From the NCBI GenBank assembly GCA_963827855.1, contig CAWHBY010000001.1, positions 133,799-197,798 on the forward strand: DNA of 64,000 nucleotides, written 5' to 3'. Of this stretch, positions 1 through 9,964 are shown piece after piece. The notes under the pieces are model-generated. The model was not told the origin of the DNA. It made no database searches and worked only from the letters and a program-made list of their open reading frames with translations. Numbering within the stretch: position 1 is the stretch's first letter; every line of letters starts with the position of its first letter. This DNA is from an uncultured Phycisphaerae bacterium (GTDB lineage Bacteria; Planctomycetota; Phycisphaerae; Sedimentisphaerales; Anaerobacaceae). The position numbers were made by a program, and so were the translations under genes.

Positions 1-2
1 CC

Positions 3-1247
3 GTGTACGGCAAGGGTCTTCCCGTTGCAGGCACCTACTCCGGCAGCCTGAGCAACAGCGGCGAACAGATCAAGCTTTGTGACGCAGCAGGCCAGGTGAT
101 CGAGGACTTCGCGTACTCGGCCGACTGGTACGACCTTGCAGATGGCCAGGGCTTCTCTCTGGAGGTCCGGGACGTCAAGGCAGACCCCAAGGCCCTGTCC
201 TCAAAGGATAGCTGGCGTCCAAGCACTCACGTGGTGGGCACGCCCGGCAGGCTGGATGACCTTGCCACAGTCCCGGCCCCAGGGACGATCGTGATCAATG
301 AGCTACTAGCCAACTCGCCCAAGGGCAGGCCTGACTGGATCGAGCTGTACAACAGCACGGAGCAGGCAGTGGATGTCAGTGGCTGGCTGCTCAGCGATGA
401 CGCCAATGATCTGGCGAAGTATGCGATCCCTGCAGGTACGGTCCTGGAGGCCCATGGCTACAAGGTCTTCTACCAGGACCTGCACTTTGGCCAGGGTTTT
501 GGCTTGAGTGGAGATGGAGAGAGCGTCTACCTGCAGGCAGCCGCAGGAGGGCAGTCCCTGGGCTACAAGGCGTATCAGAAGTTCGGGGCCTCAGAGGCGG
601 GTGTGTCTCTGGGTAGGTATGTCACGAGTGCTGGCGGTGTGGACTTTGTGGCCCAGGTGACACCGACTCCCGGTGCTGCCAATGGTCAGCCGAAGACAGG
701 TCCAGTGGTGATCAGTGAGATCCTGTACGATCCGAATCTGCATCACGAGGCAGAATACGTGGAGTTGGTCAACGCAGGCAGCGAGGCAGTGGCGCTTTCG
801 GATCCATGCGCAGGACAGTCCTGGCGGTTGTCGGACGGAGACAACCCAGGGATAGACTTCGTCTTTCCTGCAGATCGGCAGGTCGCCCTGCAGCCTGGGC
901 AGAGGCTCCTGGTGGTCAAGAACTCCAGTGCTTTTACGCCGGTCTTTGGAGAGATCCAGGGCGTTGAGGTCTTTGAGTGGCTGTCTGGCTCCCTCGATAA
1001 TGGAGGAGACTGGGTCAGGTTGTACAAGCCAGAAGGGGTCGAGTCAGACGGTCAGGTCAGGTGGATCCTGGTGGATCAGGTGCACTACAGCGATGGAACG
1101 CACGCTGCGGACTTTGCGGCAGGAGTAGATCCCTGGCCTGCAGAGGCCAATGGCCGTGGCAAGGCCCTGGGCCGGGTCTCGCTGCAGGGCTATGGCAATG
1201 ACGCGGCCAATTGGCAGCCAGTTTCGCCGTCGCCTGGGCAGCCTTGA
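3..1247 (+). CDS. 3' part of a CotH/lamin-tail-domain (LTD) secreted protein; the 5' end lies outside the window
   Basis: The ORF is open from the window edge. It has LTD-type motifs (TIVINELLANSPKGRPDWIELYNSTEQAVDVSGWLLSD; VVISEILYDPNLHHEAEYVELVNAGSEAV). It aligns end-to-end with the last 414 aa of the 1291..5715 product, and 260 consecutive aa are identical. Confidence 0.8.
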   Translation: MYGKGLPVAGTYSGSLSNSGEQIKLCDAAGQVIEDFAYSADWYDLADGQGFSLEVRDVKADPKALSSKDSWRPSTHVVGTPGRLDDLATVPAPGTIVINELLANSPKGRPDWIELYNSTEQAVDVSGWLLSDDANDLAKYAIPAGTVLEAHGYKVFYQDLHFGQGFGLSGDGESVYLQAAAGGQSLGYKAYQKFGASEAGVSLGRYVTSAGGVDFVAQVTPTPGAANGQPKTGPVVISEILYDPNLHHEAEYVELVNAGSEAVALSDPCAGQSWRLSDGDNPGIDFVFPADRQVALQPGQRLLVVKNSSAFTPVFGEIQGVEVFEWLSGSLDNGGDWVRLYKPEGVESDGQVRWILVDQVHYSDGTHAADFAAGVDPWPAEANGRGKALGRVSLQGYGNDAANWQPVSPSPGQP

Positions 1248-1290
1248 GATCTGGCCGACCGCAGCAAGATAGAACGGAGCTACATCCAAC

Positions 1291-4200
1291 ATGAGGAAGG
1301 TGTCGCGGACGATCATCTGTGCCTGGCTCGGCCTATGGCTCTGTCCAGTGGTACTGGCCCAGTCAGCGAAGGGAGTCGTGATCAATGAGTTCATGGCCTC
1401 GAACACCAAGACCGTCAAGGACTCCCAGTCGCAGTACGATGACTGGATCGAACTCTACAACACCACGTCAGCGGCTGTCGACATTGGGGGCATGTTCCTG
1501 ACAGACACCCTGTCGGACCCCTCGCGGTGGCAGATCCCTGCTGGCACCACGATCGACCCTCATGCTGCCCTCTTGATCTGGACCGATGGAGACCTGAACA
1601 GCCCTGGCCTCCATGCGGGATTCTCGTTGTCTGCGGGTGGAGAGGAATTGGGCCTGTTTGACGCCAATGGAGTCCTGGTGGACAGCATCGCCTTCAAGGA
1701 GCAGATGGCAGACGTCTCCTATGGACGCTATCCCGACGCCAATGACACCTGGCAATTCATGGCCAGTCCCACGCCCGGGGCCAACAACAAACAGGGCTAC
1801 GCGGGCCTGGTGGTTGACGTGGAGGTCAGCCCTCGCAGAGGCTTCTACGAGGAGCCGTTTGAGTTGACCTTGACGACCTCCACAGCCGGCGCTGAGATCT
1901 GGTACACCCTCAATGGCGACACGCCACACGCCTGGATCCCCAATGTCAGGGGAGGGGGGACCTGGACCGGGAAGGTCTATGCGGGGCCGATCCACGTCGC
2001 CACGACGACCTGTGTCAGGGCCGTTGCTGCCAAGGGCGGCTGGAAGGACTCTGCTTGCGCGTCGCACACCTTGATCTTCCTGGCGGACGTCATCCGGCAG
2101 TCTGCAGGTCCGGTCGGCTTTCCTCTGAACTGGGGCGGCGAGACAGCGGACTATGCCATGGATCAGAGGGTGGTGGCTGCCTACAGCAACGAGATCAAAG
2201 AGGACCTCAAGGGCTGTCCCTCGGTCTGCATCACGCTGCCTGTCGCGGACTTCTTTGGCCCGGCCGGCATGTACTCGAATCCAGGGTCCAGCGGACGCAG
2301 TACCGAGCGAGCGGCCTCCATGGAGTGGATCAATCCCGTCAAGGGCGATCACTTTGGCGTCAACGCCGGACTGCGGATACAGGGCGGAGTGGGGCGGACG
2401 AACAACATCAAGAAGCCCCTGCGGGTCTTCTTCAGGGCTGACTATGGCCCCTCGAAGCTGGAGTATCCGGTCTTCGAGGACACCCGGGTCCACGCGTGTG
2501 ACAGCGTGGTGCTGCGATCCATCTGGAACTACTCGTGGACCGGTGACAGCAGCTATTGCAGCGGTCTGGGCAATAGTCACGCCGACTACCTTCGCGACTC
2601 CTTCGGAAGGGACATCATACGGGACATGGGCGGCCTTGTTCCACACGGCAGGTCCGTCAACCTGTATATCAACGGCCTCTATTGGGGCCTCTACAGCATG
2701 ACCGAGAGACCTGACCATCACTTCGCGGCCGAGCACATGGGGGGCCAAGACGAGGACTATGATGTCGTGAAGGCCCCTGACTCGACCATCGTGCCTGTGG
2801 CCGGGGATTTGCAGGCCTGGAACACCCTCTTCGCCATGGCGGGCGCCGGCGTGTCGTCGGCCCAGGCCTACAAGGCTATCCAGCAGTACGTGGACGTCGA
2901 GGCCCTGGTCGACTACATGCTCATGGTCTACTACACGGGCAGCCGGGATGCGCCGACGCTGCTGTGCAGTGACTCCTCGCCCCGTCCGCGGAACTTCTAC
3001 GCCATACGCAGAAGAAGCCCCCCTGGTCCCTTCTACTTCATAGCCTGGGACGTGGAATGGTCCCTGGAGGATCCCGCTGAGAACCGTGTCGAGATCCCAG
3101 GCGGGGAATCCAACCCGCACTACTTGGTCACCCGGCTCGTCACCAACCCAGAGTTCCGCATGCTGCTTGCCGATCGCGCCAACCGTCACTTCCGCAACGG
3201 AGGGACCCTCACCAGGGAGAGTGCAACCAACCGCTACCTGGCCAGGGCGGCCGAGGCCTATGGCGCGATCGTGGGCGAGTCCGCCCGCTGGGGCGACGTC
3301 CTGCGATCTCCTGCCTTCACCCGCGAGGACTGGCAGGCTGAGGTCAATCGCCTGGTCAACCAATACTTCTCAGGCAGGACCGAGACCGTACTCAATCAGT
3401 TGAAGACCCAGGGCTGGTATCCATCGGTCGAGCCACCCAGTCTTCTGGTCGATGGCAAGCAGCAGTACGGAGGCCAGTGCCGTTCCGGCGCGGCCCTGGG
3501 CATGGCCAACCTCAGTCCAGGCAACATCTACTATACCCTCGATGGCTCCGACCCTCGGCCGCCCCAGGTCTCCGCCTCGCAGGTCCAGACCACGACCCTT
3601 GTCCCTCAGGAGGCGACCAAGCGGGTCCTGGTGCCTACAGGCCCCGTCAATGACGCATGGAAGGGCGGCAGTAGCTTCGATGACTCTGCATGGGCGCTAG
3701 TCACGGGCAGCCCGGGCGGGATCGGCTATGACAGGACGCCGTCGCCCGCAGACTACTCGTCCTGGATCAGCCTCAACGTAGAGACCCAGGTATATGGCGT
3801 CACCGCACATCCATCGTGCTACATCCGCATCCCATTCACACTTGCCGCCTCAGACATCGAGAGCCTGGGTTCCCTGACACTGAAGATGCTCTATGACGAT
3901 GGTTTCGTGGCGTATCTGAACGGAGTGCAAGTGCTCCGTGTGGGCTTTGCAGCCACGCCGGCCTGGAACTCGCGGGCCATTGGCATCCATGAGGCAGGTA
4001 CGACTTTCTCTTCGTATGACCTCTCCGGATCTCTCAGCAGCCTCAGGCCAGGCGAGAACGTCCTGGCCATCCAGGGCATGAACGCCACGACGAACAGCGA
4101 CGACCTGCTCATCGTCGCGGAGCTCACGGCCAGCAAGTCCACCAATCCAGGGACGCTGTACAAGGCCCCGATCTCGCTGACCCGGAGCACGCATGTCAAG

Positions 4201-5715
4201 GCGAGGGTGAGCAGTGGCACGACCTGGAGTGCCCTGAGTGAGGCCGTGTACTCCACAGGGCCTGTGGCACAGGACCTTCGGATCAGCGAGATGATGATCC
4301 ATCCCAAGGACCCCAACACCGAGTTCGTGGAACTGACCAATGCCGGCACTGAGACGATCAACCTGGCCCTGGTCCAGTTCACTGAAGGGATCCATTTCAC
4401 TTTCCCGGCCATGGACCTTGCGCCAGGCCAGTTCTGCCTGGTAGTCAGCGACGTCAATGCCTTTGAGGCCGTGTACGGCAAGGGTCTTCCTGTTGCAGGC
4501 GTCTATTCCGGCAACCTGAACAATGGCGGCGAACAGATCAAGCTCTGTGATGCGGCAGGCCAGGCGATCGAGGACTTCACGTACTCCGGCTCATGGTACG
4601 ACCTTGCAGACGGCCAGGGCTTCTCTCTGGAGGTCCGGGACGTCAAGGCAGACCCCAAGGCCCTGTCCTCAAAGGATAGCTGGCGTCCAAGCACTCACGT
4701 GGTGGGCACGCCCGGCAGGCTGGATGACCTTGCCACAGTCCCGGCCCCAGGGACGATCGTGATCAATGAGCTACTAGCCAACTCGCCCAAGGGCAGGCCT
4801 GACTGGATCGAGCTGTACAACAGCACGGAGCAGGCAGTGGATGTCAGTGGCTGGCTGCTCAGCGATGACGCCAATGATCTGGCGAAGTATGCGATCCCTG
4901 CAGGTACGGTCCTGGAGGCCCATGGCTACAAGGTCTTCTACCAGGACCTGCACTTTGGCCAGGGTTTTGGCTTGAGTGGAGATGGAGAGAGCGTCTACCT
5001 GCAGGCAGCCGCAGGAGGGCAGTCCCTGGGCTACAAGGCGTATCAGAAGTTCGGGGCCTCAGAGGCGGGTGTGTCTCTGGGTAGGTATGTCACGAGTGCT
5101 GGCGGTGTGGACTTTGTGGCCCAGGTGACACCGACTCCCGGTGCTGCCAATGGTCAGCCGAAGACAGGTCCAGTGGTGATCAGTGAGATCCTGTACGATC
5201 CGAATCTGCATCACGAGGCAGAATACGTGGAGTTGGTCAACGCAGGCAGCGAGGCAGTGGCGCTTTCGGATCCATGCGCAGGACAGTCCTGGCGGTTGTC
5301 GGACGGAGACAACCCAGGGATAGACTTCGTCTTTCCTGCAGATCGGCAGGTCGCCCTGCAGCCTGGGCAGAGGCTCCTGGTGGTCAAGAACCTGGGCGCG
5401 TTCACACCAGTCTTCGGCGACGCCCAAAACTGTGCAACATTCGAGTGGCTGGCCGGCTCTCTAGATAATGGAGGAGACTGGGTCAGGTTGTATAGACCCG
5501 AAGGGGTCGAGTCAGACGGTCAGGTCAGGTGGATCCTGGTGGATCAGGCGCACTACAGTGATGGGTCGCACGCCGCGGACTTTGCCGCAGGAGTGGACCA
5601 TTGGCCTGCAGAGGCCAATGGCCGTGGCAAGGCCTTGGGCCGGGTCTCGCTGCAGGGCTATGGCAATGACGCGGCCAATTGGCAGCCAGTCTCGCCGTCG
5701 CCTGGCCAGCCTTAG
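1291..5715 (+). CDS. Secreted CotH-kinase-family protein with an N-terminal LTD, an Ig-like module, the CotH core, a galactose-binding-like beta-sandwich and three C-terminal LTDs
   Basis: 1474-aa ORF. Signal peptide MRKVSRTIICAWLGLWLCPVVLAQ. LTD motif VVINEFMASN..DDWIELYNTTSAAVDIGGMFLTD. CotH-core motifs LRVFFRADYGPSKLEYPVF, YLRDSFGRDIIRDMG, VNLYINGLYWGLYSMTERPD and MLMVYYTGSRD. FDDSAW..GGIGYD beta-sandwich. C-terminal LTDs (LRISEMMIHPKDPNTEFVELTN, etc.). Confidence 0.9.
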   Translation: MRKVSRTIICAWLGLWLCPVVLAQSAKGVVINEFMASNTKTVKDSQSQYDDWIELYNTTSAAVDIGGMFLTDTLSDPSRWQIPAGTTIDPHAALLIWTDGDLNSPGLHAGFSLSAGGEELGLFDANGVLVDSIAFKEQMADVSYGRYPDANDTWQFMASPTPGANNKQGYAGLVVDVEVSPRRGFYEEPFELTLTTSTAGAEIWYTLNGDTPHAWIPNVRGGGTWTGKVYAGPIHVATTTCVRAVAAKGGWKDSACASHTLIFLADVIRQSAGPVGFPLNWGGETADYAMDQRVVAAYSNEIKEDLKGCPSVCITLPVADFFGPAGMYSNPGSSGRSTERAASMEWINPVKGDHFGVNAGLRIQGGVGRTNNIKKPLRVFFRADYGPSKLEYPVFEDTRVHACDSVVLRSIWNYSWTGDSSYCSGLGNSHADYLRDSFGRDIIRDMGGLVPHGRSVNLYINGLYWGLYSMTERPDHHFAAEHMGGQDEDYDVVKAPDSTIVPVAGDLQAWNTLFAMAGAGVSSAQAYKAIQQYVDVEALVDYMLMVYYTGSRDAPTLLCSDSSPRPRNFYAIRRRSPPGPFYFIAWDVEWSLEDPAENRVEIPGGESNPHYLVTRLVTNPEFRMLLADRANRHFRNGGTLTRESATNRYLARAAEAYGAIVGESARWGDVLRSPAFTREDWQAEVNRLVNQYFSGRTETVLNQLKTQGWYPSVEPPSLLVDGKQQYGGQCRSGAALGMANLSPGNIYYTLDGSDPRPPQVSASQVQTTTLVPQEATKRVLVPTGPVNDAWKGGSSFDDSAWALVTGSPGGIGYDRTPSPADYSSWISLNVETQVYGVTAHPSCYIRIPFTLAASDIESLGSLTLKMLYDDGFVAYLNGVQVLRVGFAATPAWNSRAIGIHEAGTTFSSYDLSGSLSSLRPGENVLAIQGMNATTNSDDLLIVAELTASKSTNPGTLYKAPISLTRSTHVKARVSSGTTWSALSEAVYSTGPVAQDLRISEMMIHPKDPNTEFVELTNAGTETINLALVQFTEGIHFTFPAMDLAPGQFCLVVSDVNAFEAVYGKGLPVAGVYSGNLNNGGEQIKLCDAAGQAIEDFTYSGSWYDLADGQGFSLEVRDVKADPKALSSKDSWRPSTHVVGTPGRLDDLATVPAPGTIVINELLANSPKGRPDWIELYNSTEQAVDVSGWLLSDDANDLAKYAIPAGTVLEAHGYKVFYQDLHFGQGFGLSGDGESVYLQAAAGGQSLGYKAYQKFGASEAGVSLGRYVTSAGGVDFVAQVTPTPGAANGQPKTGPVVISEILYDPNLHHEAEYVELVNAGSEAVALSDPCAGQSWRLSDGDNPGIDFVFPADRQVALQPGQRLLVVKNLGAFTPVFGDAQNCATFEWLAGSLDNGGDWVRLYRPEGVESDGQVRWILVDQAHYSDGSHAADFAAGVDHWPAEANGRGKALGRVSLQGYGNDAANWQPVSPSPGQP

Positions 5716-5756
5716 AATCTGTCTAATCACAGTGCTAAGATGGGGTCACATTGAGC

Positions 5757-8700
5757 ATGAGGAAGGTGTCGCGGATCATCATCTGTGCCTGGCTCGGTCT
5801 CTGGCTGTGCCCGGCGGTCTTTAGCCAGCCCCAGAAGAAGCTCGTGGTCAACGAGTTCATGGCCTCCAACAGTGCGACCTTCGCCAACGGCAACGGGAAT
5901 TACAGCGACTGGATCGAGATCTACAATCCCACCACCGAGGCCGTGGACATGGCAGGGATGTCCCTGACCGATGATCTGACCGATCCCACCAAGTGGCAGT
6001 TTCCATCAGGCGATCCCTCGCTGACGGTCATCGACAGCCACGACCGCCTGTTGATCTGGGCGGACGGAGAGCAGGGCACCGAGCTCCACGCGGGATTCAG
6101 CCTCTCCGCTGACGGCGAGGCCCTGGGCCTGTTTGACGCGGACGGCACCCTGGTCGACAGTGTCACCTTTGGCAGGCAGATGATGGGTGTTTCGTATGGA
6201 CGATATCCCGATGGCGGCAGCACCTGGCAGCACATGCCCAGTCCGACCCCCACCGCGGCCAACAAGCAGGGCTACCTGGGCCTTGTGGAGGATGTCACCT
6301 TTGCGCCGGGGCGTGGCTTCTATGACTCTCCAGCCAGCGTTACCCTGGCCTGCCCGACACCGGGGGCCGAGATCTGGTACAGCCTGGACGCGACCAATCC
6401 CGGCCACCAGAACGGCCAGAAATACACCGGTCCAATCGCGGTCAGTCGTACGACCTGTATTCGCGCCGTAGGGATCAAGACCGGGTGGATGGACTCCCTG
6501 ATCGTCAGCCACAGCTATCTCTTCCTGGATGACATCATCCGCCAGTCCAGCAGCCCTGCGGGCTTCCCCTCCAGTTGGGGTTACAAGACGGCGGACTACG
6601 CTATGGACCAGAGGGTGGTGGACGACCCTGCATACAGCGGCGAGATCAAGGAGGACCTCAAGTCCATCCCAGTGGTCTGCATCGTGATCCCCAACGCGGA
6701 CTTCTTTGGCTCCGATGGGATCTATGCCAATCCCACGCTGAGGGAGGAGGCCTTCGAAGGGCAGGCCGCATGGGGCGACAAGGCCGAGCGGGCCGCCTCG
6801 ATGGAGTGGATCGATCCCGCAGGTGATCAGTTCGGTATGAACGCCGGGCTGCGGATTCACGGCGGCGCCTACGCCAGGGGCAGCGGGACCAATCGCAAAT
6901 ACGGCCTGCAGTTCTTCTTCAGGGCCGAGTACGGCAGGTCCAGGCTGGAGTTTCCGGTCTTCCCTGACAGCGAGGTCAAGACCTTCACCAGGCTGGGGCT
7001 GCGGGAGATATGGAACTACTCATGGATCGGGGACAGCGGATCCTACGGGGCCGACTATCTCCGCGATCTTTTCGCCCGTGACACCGTGCGGGACTTGGGT
7101 AGTCTGACCTCCCACGGCAGGCCTGTCAACGTCTACATCAACGGCCTGTACTGGGGCCTGTACATCCTGAGCGAGCGGATCGACGACGACTTCGCTGCAG
7201 ACCACCTGGGCGGCGGCAAGGAAGACTACGACATTCTGGAGGCTCCGAGCGGCACTGCTGCCACCTCGGTCATGAAGGTCCTCACGGGCGACGGCACTAC
7301 ACCTGCTGAGTGGAATGCGCTATTCGCCTTGGCTGCAGGTGACATGACCACGACCGAGGCCTACCAGACCATCCAGCAGTACGTGGACGTCAACGCCATG
7401 ATCGACTACATGCTGATGGTCTACTACACGGGCAGCAGGGATGGGCCGACGTATCTCGGCCATGACAGCAGCCCTGTTCCGCGGAACTTCTGCGCCATCC
7501 GAAGCAGGGAGCCTGCGGGTCCGTTCATCTTTGTGCCCTGGGACACCGAGTGGTGCCTTGAGAATCCCAGTGAGAACCGTGTCAGGATCGTCGGCGGCGC
7601 GGCGAATCCGCATCTGGTCATGATCCAACTGTCTGCCAACCCCGAGTTCAAGATGCTTCTGGCAGACCGCATCCACGAGGCCTTTCACAACGCTGGGCCA
7701 CTGACGCGGGAGGCTGTGACTGAGCGATACCAGGCACTCGCCAATGGGATCTACGGCGCGATCGTGGGCGAATCCGCCCGTTGGGGCGACCTGAAACAGC
7801 CGAGCAGGCCTTACACGCGGCTGGACTGGGAGGCAGAGGTCACCCGTCTGGTCACCCAGTACTTCTCGGCTAGGACCGATACCGTCCTTGGCCAGTTGAA
7901 GAGCAAGGGATGGTATCCGGCCATAGAGCCCCCGACCTTGCAGATCGATGGCCAGACCCAGTACGGAGGCGCAGTCAGGTCCGCCGCGGTCCTGACCCTG
8001 GTCAATCCCAACACGTCAGGGACCCTCTACTATACGCTGGATGGTTCCGACCCCAGGCTTGCGGACGAGGGGCAGGCACAGCCAGCCACGATCGTGACGC
8101 TCGTGGCAGAGTCGGCTGCCAAGAAGGTTCTGGTTCCTACCCAAGATGTCGGCTTCACCTGGCGGGGCGCCAACGAGCCGTTTGACGACTCTGCCTGGAA
8201 GGACGGCACCCCCATCGTCTCAGGCAAGGCGGGCGGAGTGGGCTATGACGTAGAATCTACCTACCTGCCATATATCACCTACAACGTCCAGACCGCGATG
8301 TACGGCCAATGCACCAGTTGCTACGTCCGCGTCCCCTTCATGGTCAAGGCTGCGGACATGGCTACAGTCAAGTCGCTGATCCTCAGGGTCCGGTGCGACG
8401 ACGGATACGTGGCCTTCCTCAACGGCGTGGAGGTGGCCTCCATCGGCAGGCCTGATCCCCTGACCTGGAACGCTGCTTGTGCGAACCGCAGCGACTCCAC
8501 GGACTTCGTAGAAACCGACCTCTCTGCCTACGTGTCCAACCTGCACCTGGGCACCAACGTGCTGGCCGTGCACGCCCTGAACACGACCCTGACCAGCTCT
8601 GACTTCCTCTTCTCTGCAGAGCTGACCGGTTCCGGCGCATGCAGGCAGCACCCAGCTTCGGGTCTCGCCGACCGCGATCCGCTACGCTGCGCCGATCACC

Positions 8701-9252
8701 CTCAATGCCAGTACCCGCGTCAAGGCCCGCGTCTTGGCCAATCAATGGAGCGCCCTGAGCGAGGCCGTATATGCGGTGGGCCCGGTGCTGGAGAGCCTCC
8801 GTATCAGCGAATTGATGTATCATCCGGCAGACCCCAACGCCGAGTTCATCGAGCTGACCAACGCAGGGTCCCAGACGATCAACCTGGCCCTGGTGCAGTT
8901 CACCAAGGGGGTCGATTTCGAGTTCCCGGCCATGGACCTGACGCCCGGCCAATACACCTTGGTCGTGGCAGACGCCAATGTCTTTGCCTCGACCTACGGG
9001 CCTGGCCTGCCGGTCGCTGGTCGGTTCTCCGGCAGCCTCAGCAACTCCGGTGAGCGGATCAAGCTCCGTGACAGCCTGGGCCGCACCATTGAGGATTTTT
9101 CCTACGCAGACGACTGGTACCCCACCACGGACGGCGGAGGCTACTCCCTGGTCGTCCGGGATGTGAAGGGTGATCCAAACACCCTGTCCACCCCAGATGC
9201 CTGGCGGCCCAGCGAACACCCCGGAGGAACCCCCGGCAAGCCCGGCCAATGA
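5757..9252 (+). pseudogene. Third LTD-CotH paralog, interrupted by a +1 frame break near 8637-8641 (pseudogene or assembly indel)
   Basis: ATG 5757 gives MRKVSRIIICAWLGLWLCPAVFSQ, the same leader as the 1291 gene. The product is colinear with that gene (LTD, CotH motifs LQFFFRAEYGRSRLEFPVF and VNVYINGLYWGLYILSERID) up to ..FSAELTGSGA. Homology (IRYAAPITLNASTRVKARV..WSALSEAVY.. plus one LTD) then continues in the +1 frame to TGA 9250-9252. ORF-track pieces: 5751..9053 and 8734..9252. Confidence 0.75.
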
Positions 9253-9288
9253 CCTTGCGGCGAGGCAGAAAAATGGCAATCAGCCCTG

Positions 9289-9318
9289 TTGACAGCCTGC
9301 CTGCCGGCCAGCTATACT
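9289..9318 (+). promoter_or_regulatory. Sigma70-type promoter of tRNA-Asp
   Basis: TTGACA (9289-9294), an 18-nt spacer, then TATACT (9313-9318), about 21 nt before the mature tRNA 5' end. Confidence 0.55.
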
Positions 9319-9339
9319 ATGGCGTTCCATTAGGAGCAC

Positions 9340-9413
9340 GGGGCCGTAGCTCAATTGGTTAGAGCGTCGGATTGTCGATCCGAAGGTTGAGGGTTCGATT
9401 CCCTTCGGCCTCG
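9340..9413 (+). tRNA. tRNA-Asp (anticodon GTC)
   Basis: 74-nt cloverleaf. Acceptor GGGGCCG/CGGCCTC (one G-T pair). D arm GCTC-AATTGGTTA-GAGC. Anticodon arm TCGGA-TTGTCGA-TCCGA with GTC at 9374-9376. Variable loop AGGTT. T arm GAGGG-TTCGATT-CCCTT. Discriminator G. CCA is not encoded. Confidence 0.9.
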
Positions 9414-9418
9414 TTCAA

Positions 9419-9457
9419 GAACCGCGTTTTCGGTAACGGGACCGCGGTTTTCTTTTG
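9419..9457 (+). terminator. Putative intrinsic terminator after tRNA-Asp
   Basis: Stem AACCGCG (9420-9426) / CGCGGTT (9443-9449) followed by TTCTTTTG. The loop is rather large (16 nt). Confidence 0.45.
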
Positions 9458-9964
9458 CGCGGAGGTACGCGACCGCGATCCTCTGACACCCAGTACTTGT
9501 CACCTTGGGCCTGGCCTGCATAGCGGTTGACTACGTCCCGAAAGACCTTGCAAAAGGGACCGCCATTTGGTACACATAGTGGTAAGGTCGATCGTGCCTG
9601 CCGTGGATTCCGTGCATGGCGGGCCGCTTTGGCATGGAGCGGGGGGATTGGAGGCCCTGAGCGATGTGTTTTTGCTGGGCACATGGCAACAGGGGGGCAA
9701 GGGGACGCATTTCTATCCCATACCACTTGGGGTGCGCCTATCTGCCGGTGCCACCCCCCTGGATTCCGGAAGGAGGTGAACCTGGCTCAATCCACGTACA
9801 TGCGCATAGGTGATCGTCGTCAGCAACTGCCCTGACCCATGACCGGCGAGAGCGAGTCGACTTCTCGTGAAGGAGGACCCTCGTGCGTAAAAGGCTGATC
9901 TGTTCAATCGCTTGGGTCGTGGTTCTCGGCGTATGAAGGTTTCTTCACAGTCGGGAGAGAGATC

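Noticed and set aside
1468-3363. 631-aa ORF antisense to the CotH gene
   Set aside because: It lies entirely within and opposite a gene with strong family motifs. Its product is Arg/Gly/Pro/Val-rich with no recognisable motif. This is a typical shadow ORF of GC-rich DNA.
9458-9870. Possible ncRNA or riboswitch in the ~410-nt non-coding stretch after the tRNA
   Set aside because: I recognised no conserved motifs (RNase P, tmRNA, SRP, 6S, cobalamin/TPP/SAM boxes). The ORFs here (9415..9726, 9527..9835) are Arg/Pro/Gly-rich and implausible. It cannot be called without covariance-model searches.
9253-9964. tRNA-Asp as the integration site of a genomic island separating the two surface-protein arrays
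   Set aside because: There is no integrase or recombinase gene anywhere in the window. I could not find a direct repeat of the tRNA 3' end by eye. This remains an untested idea only.
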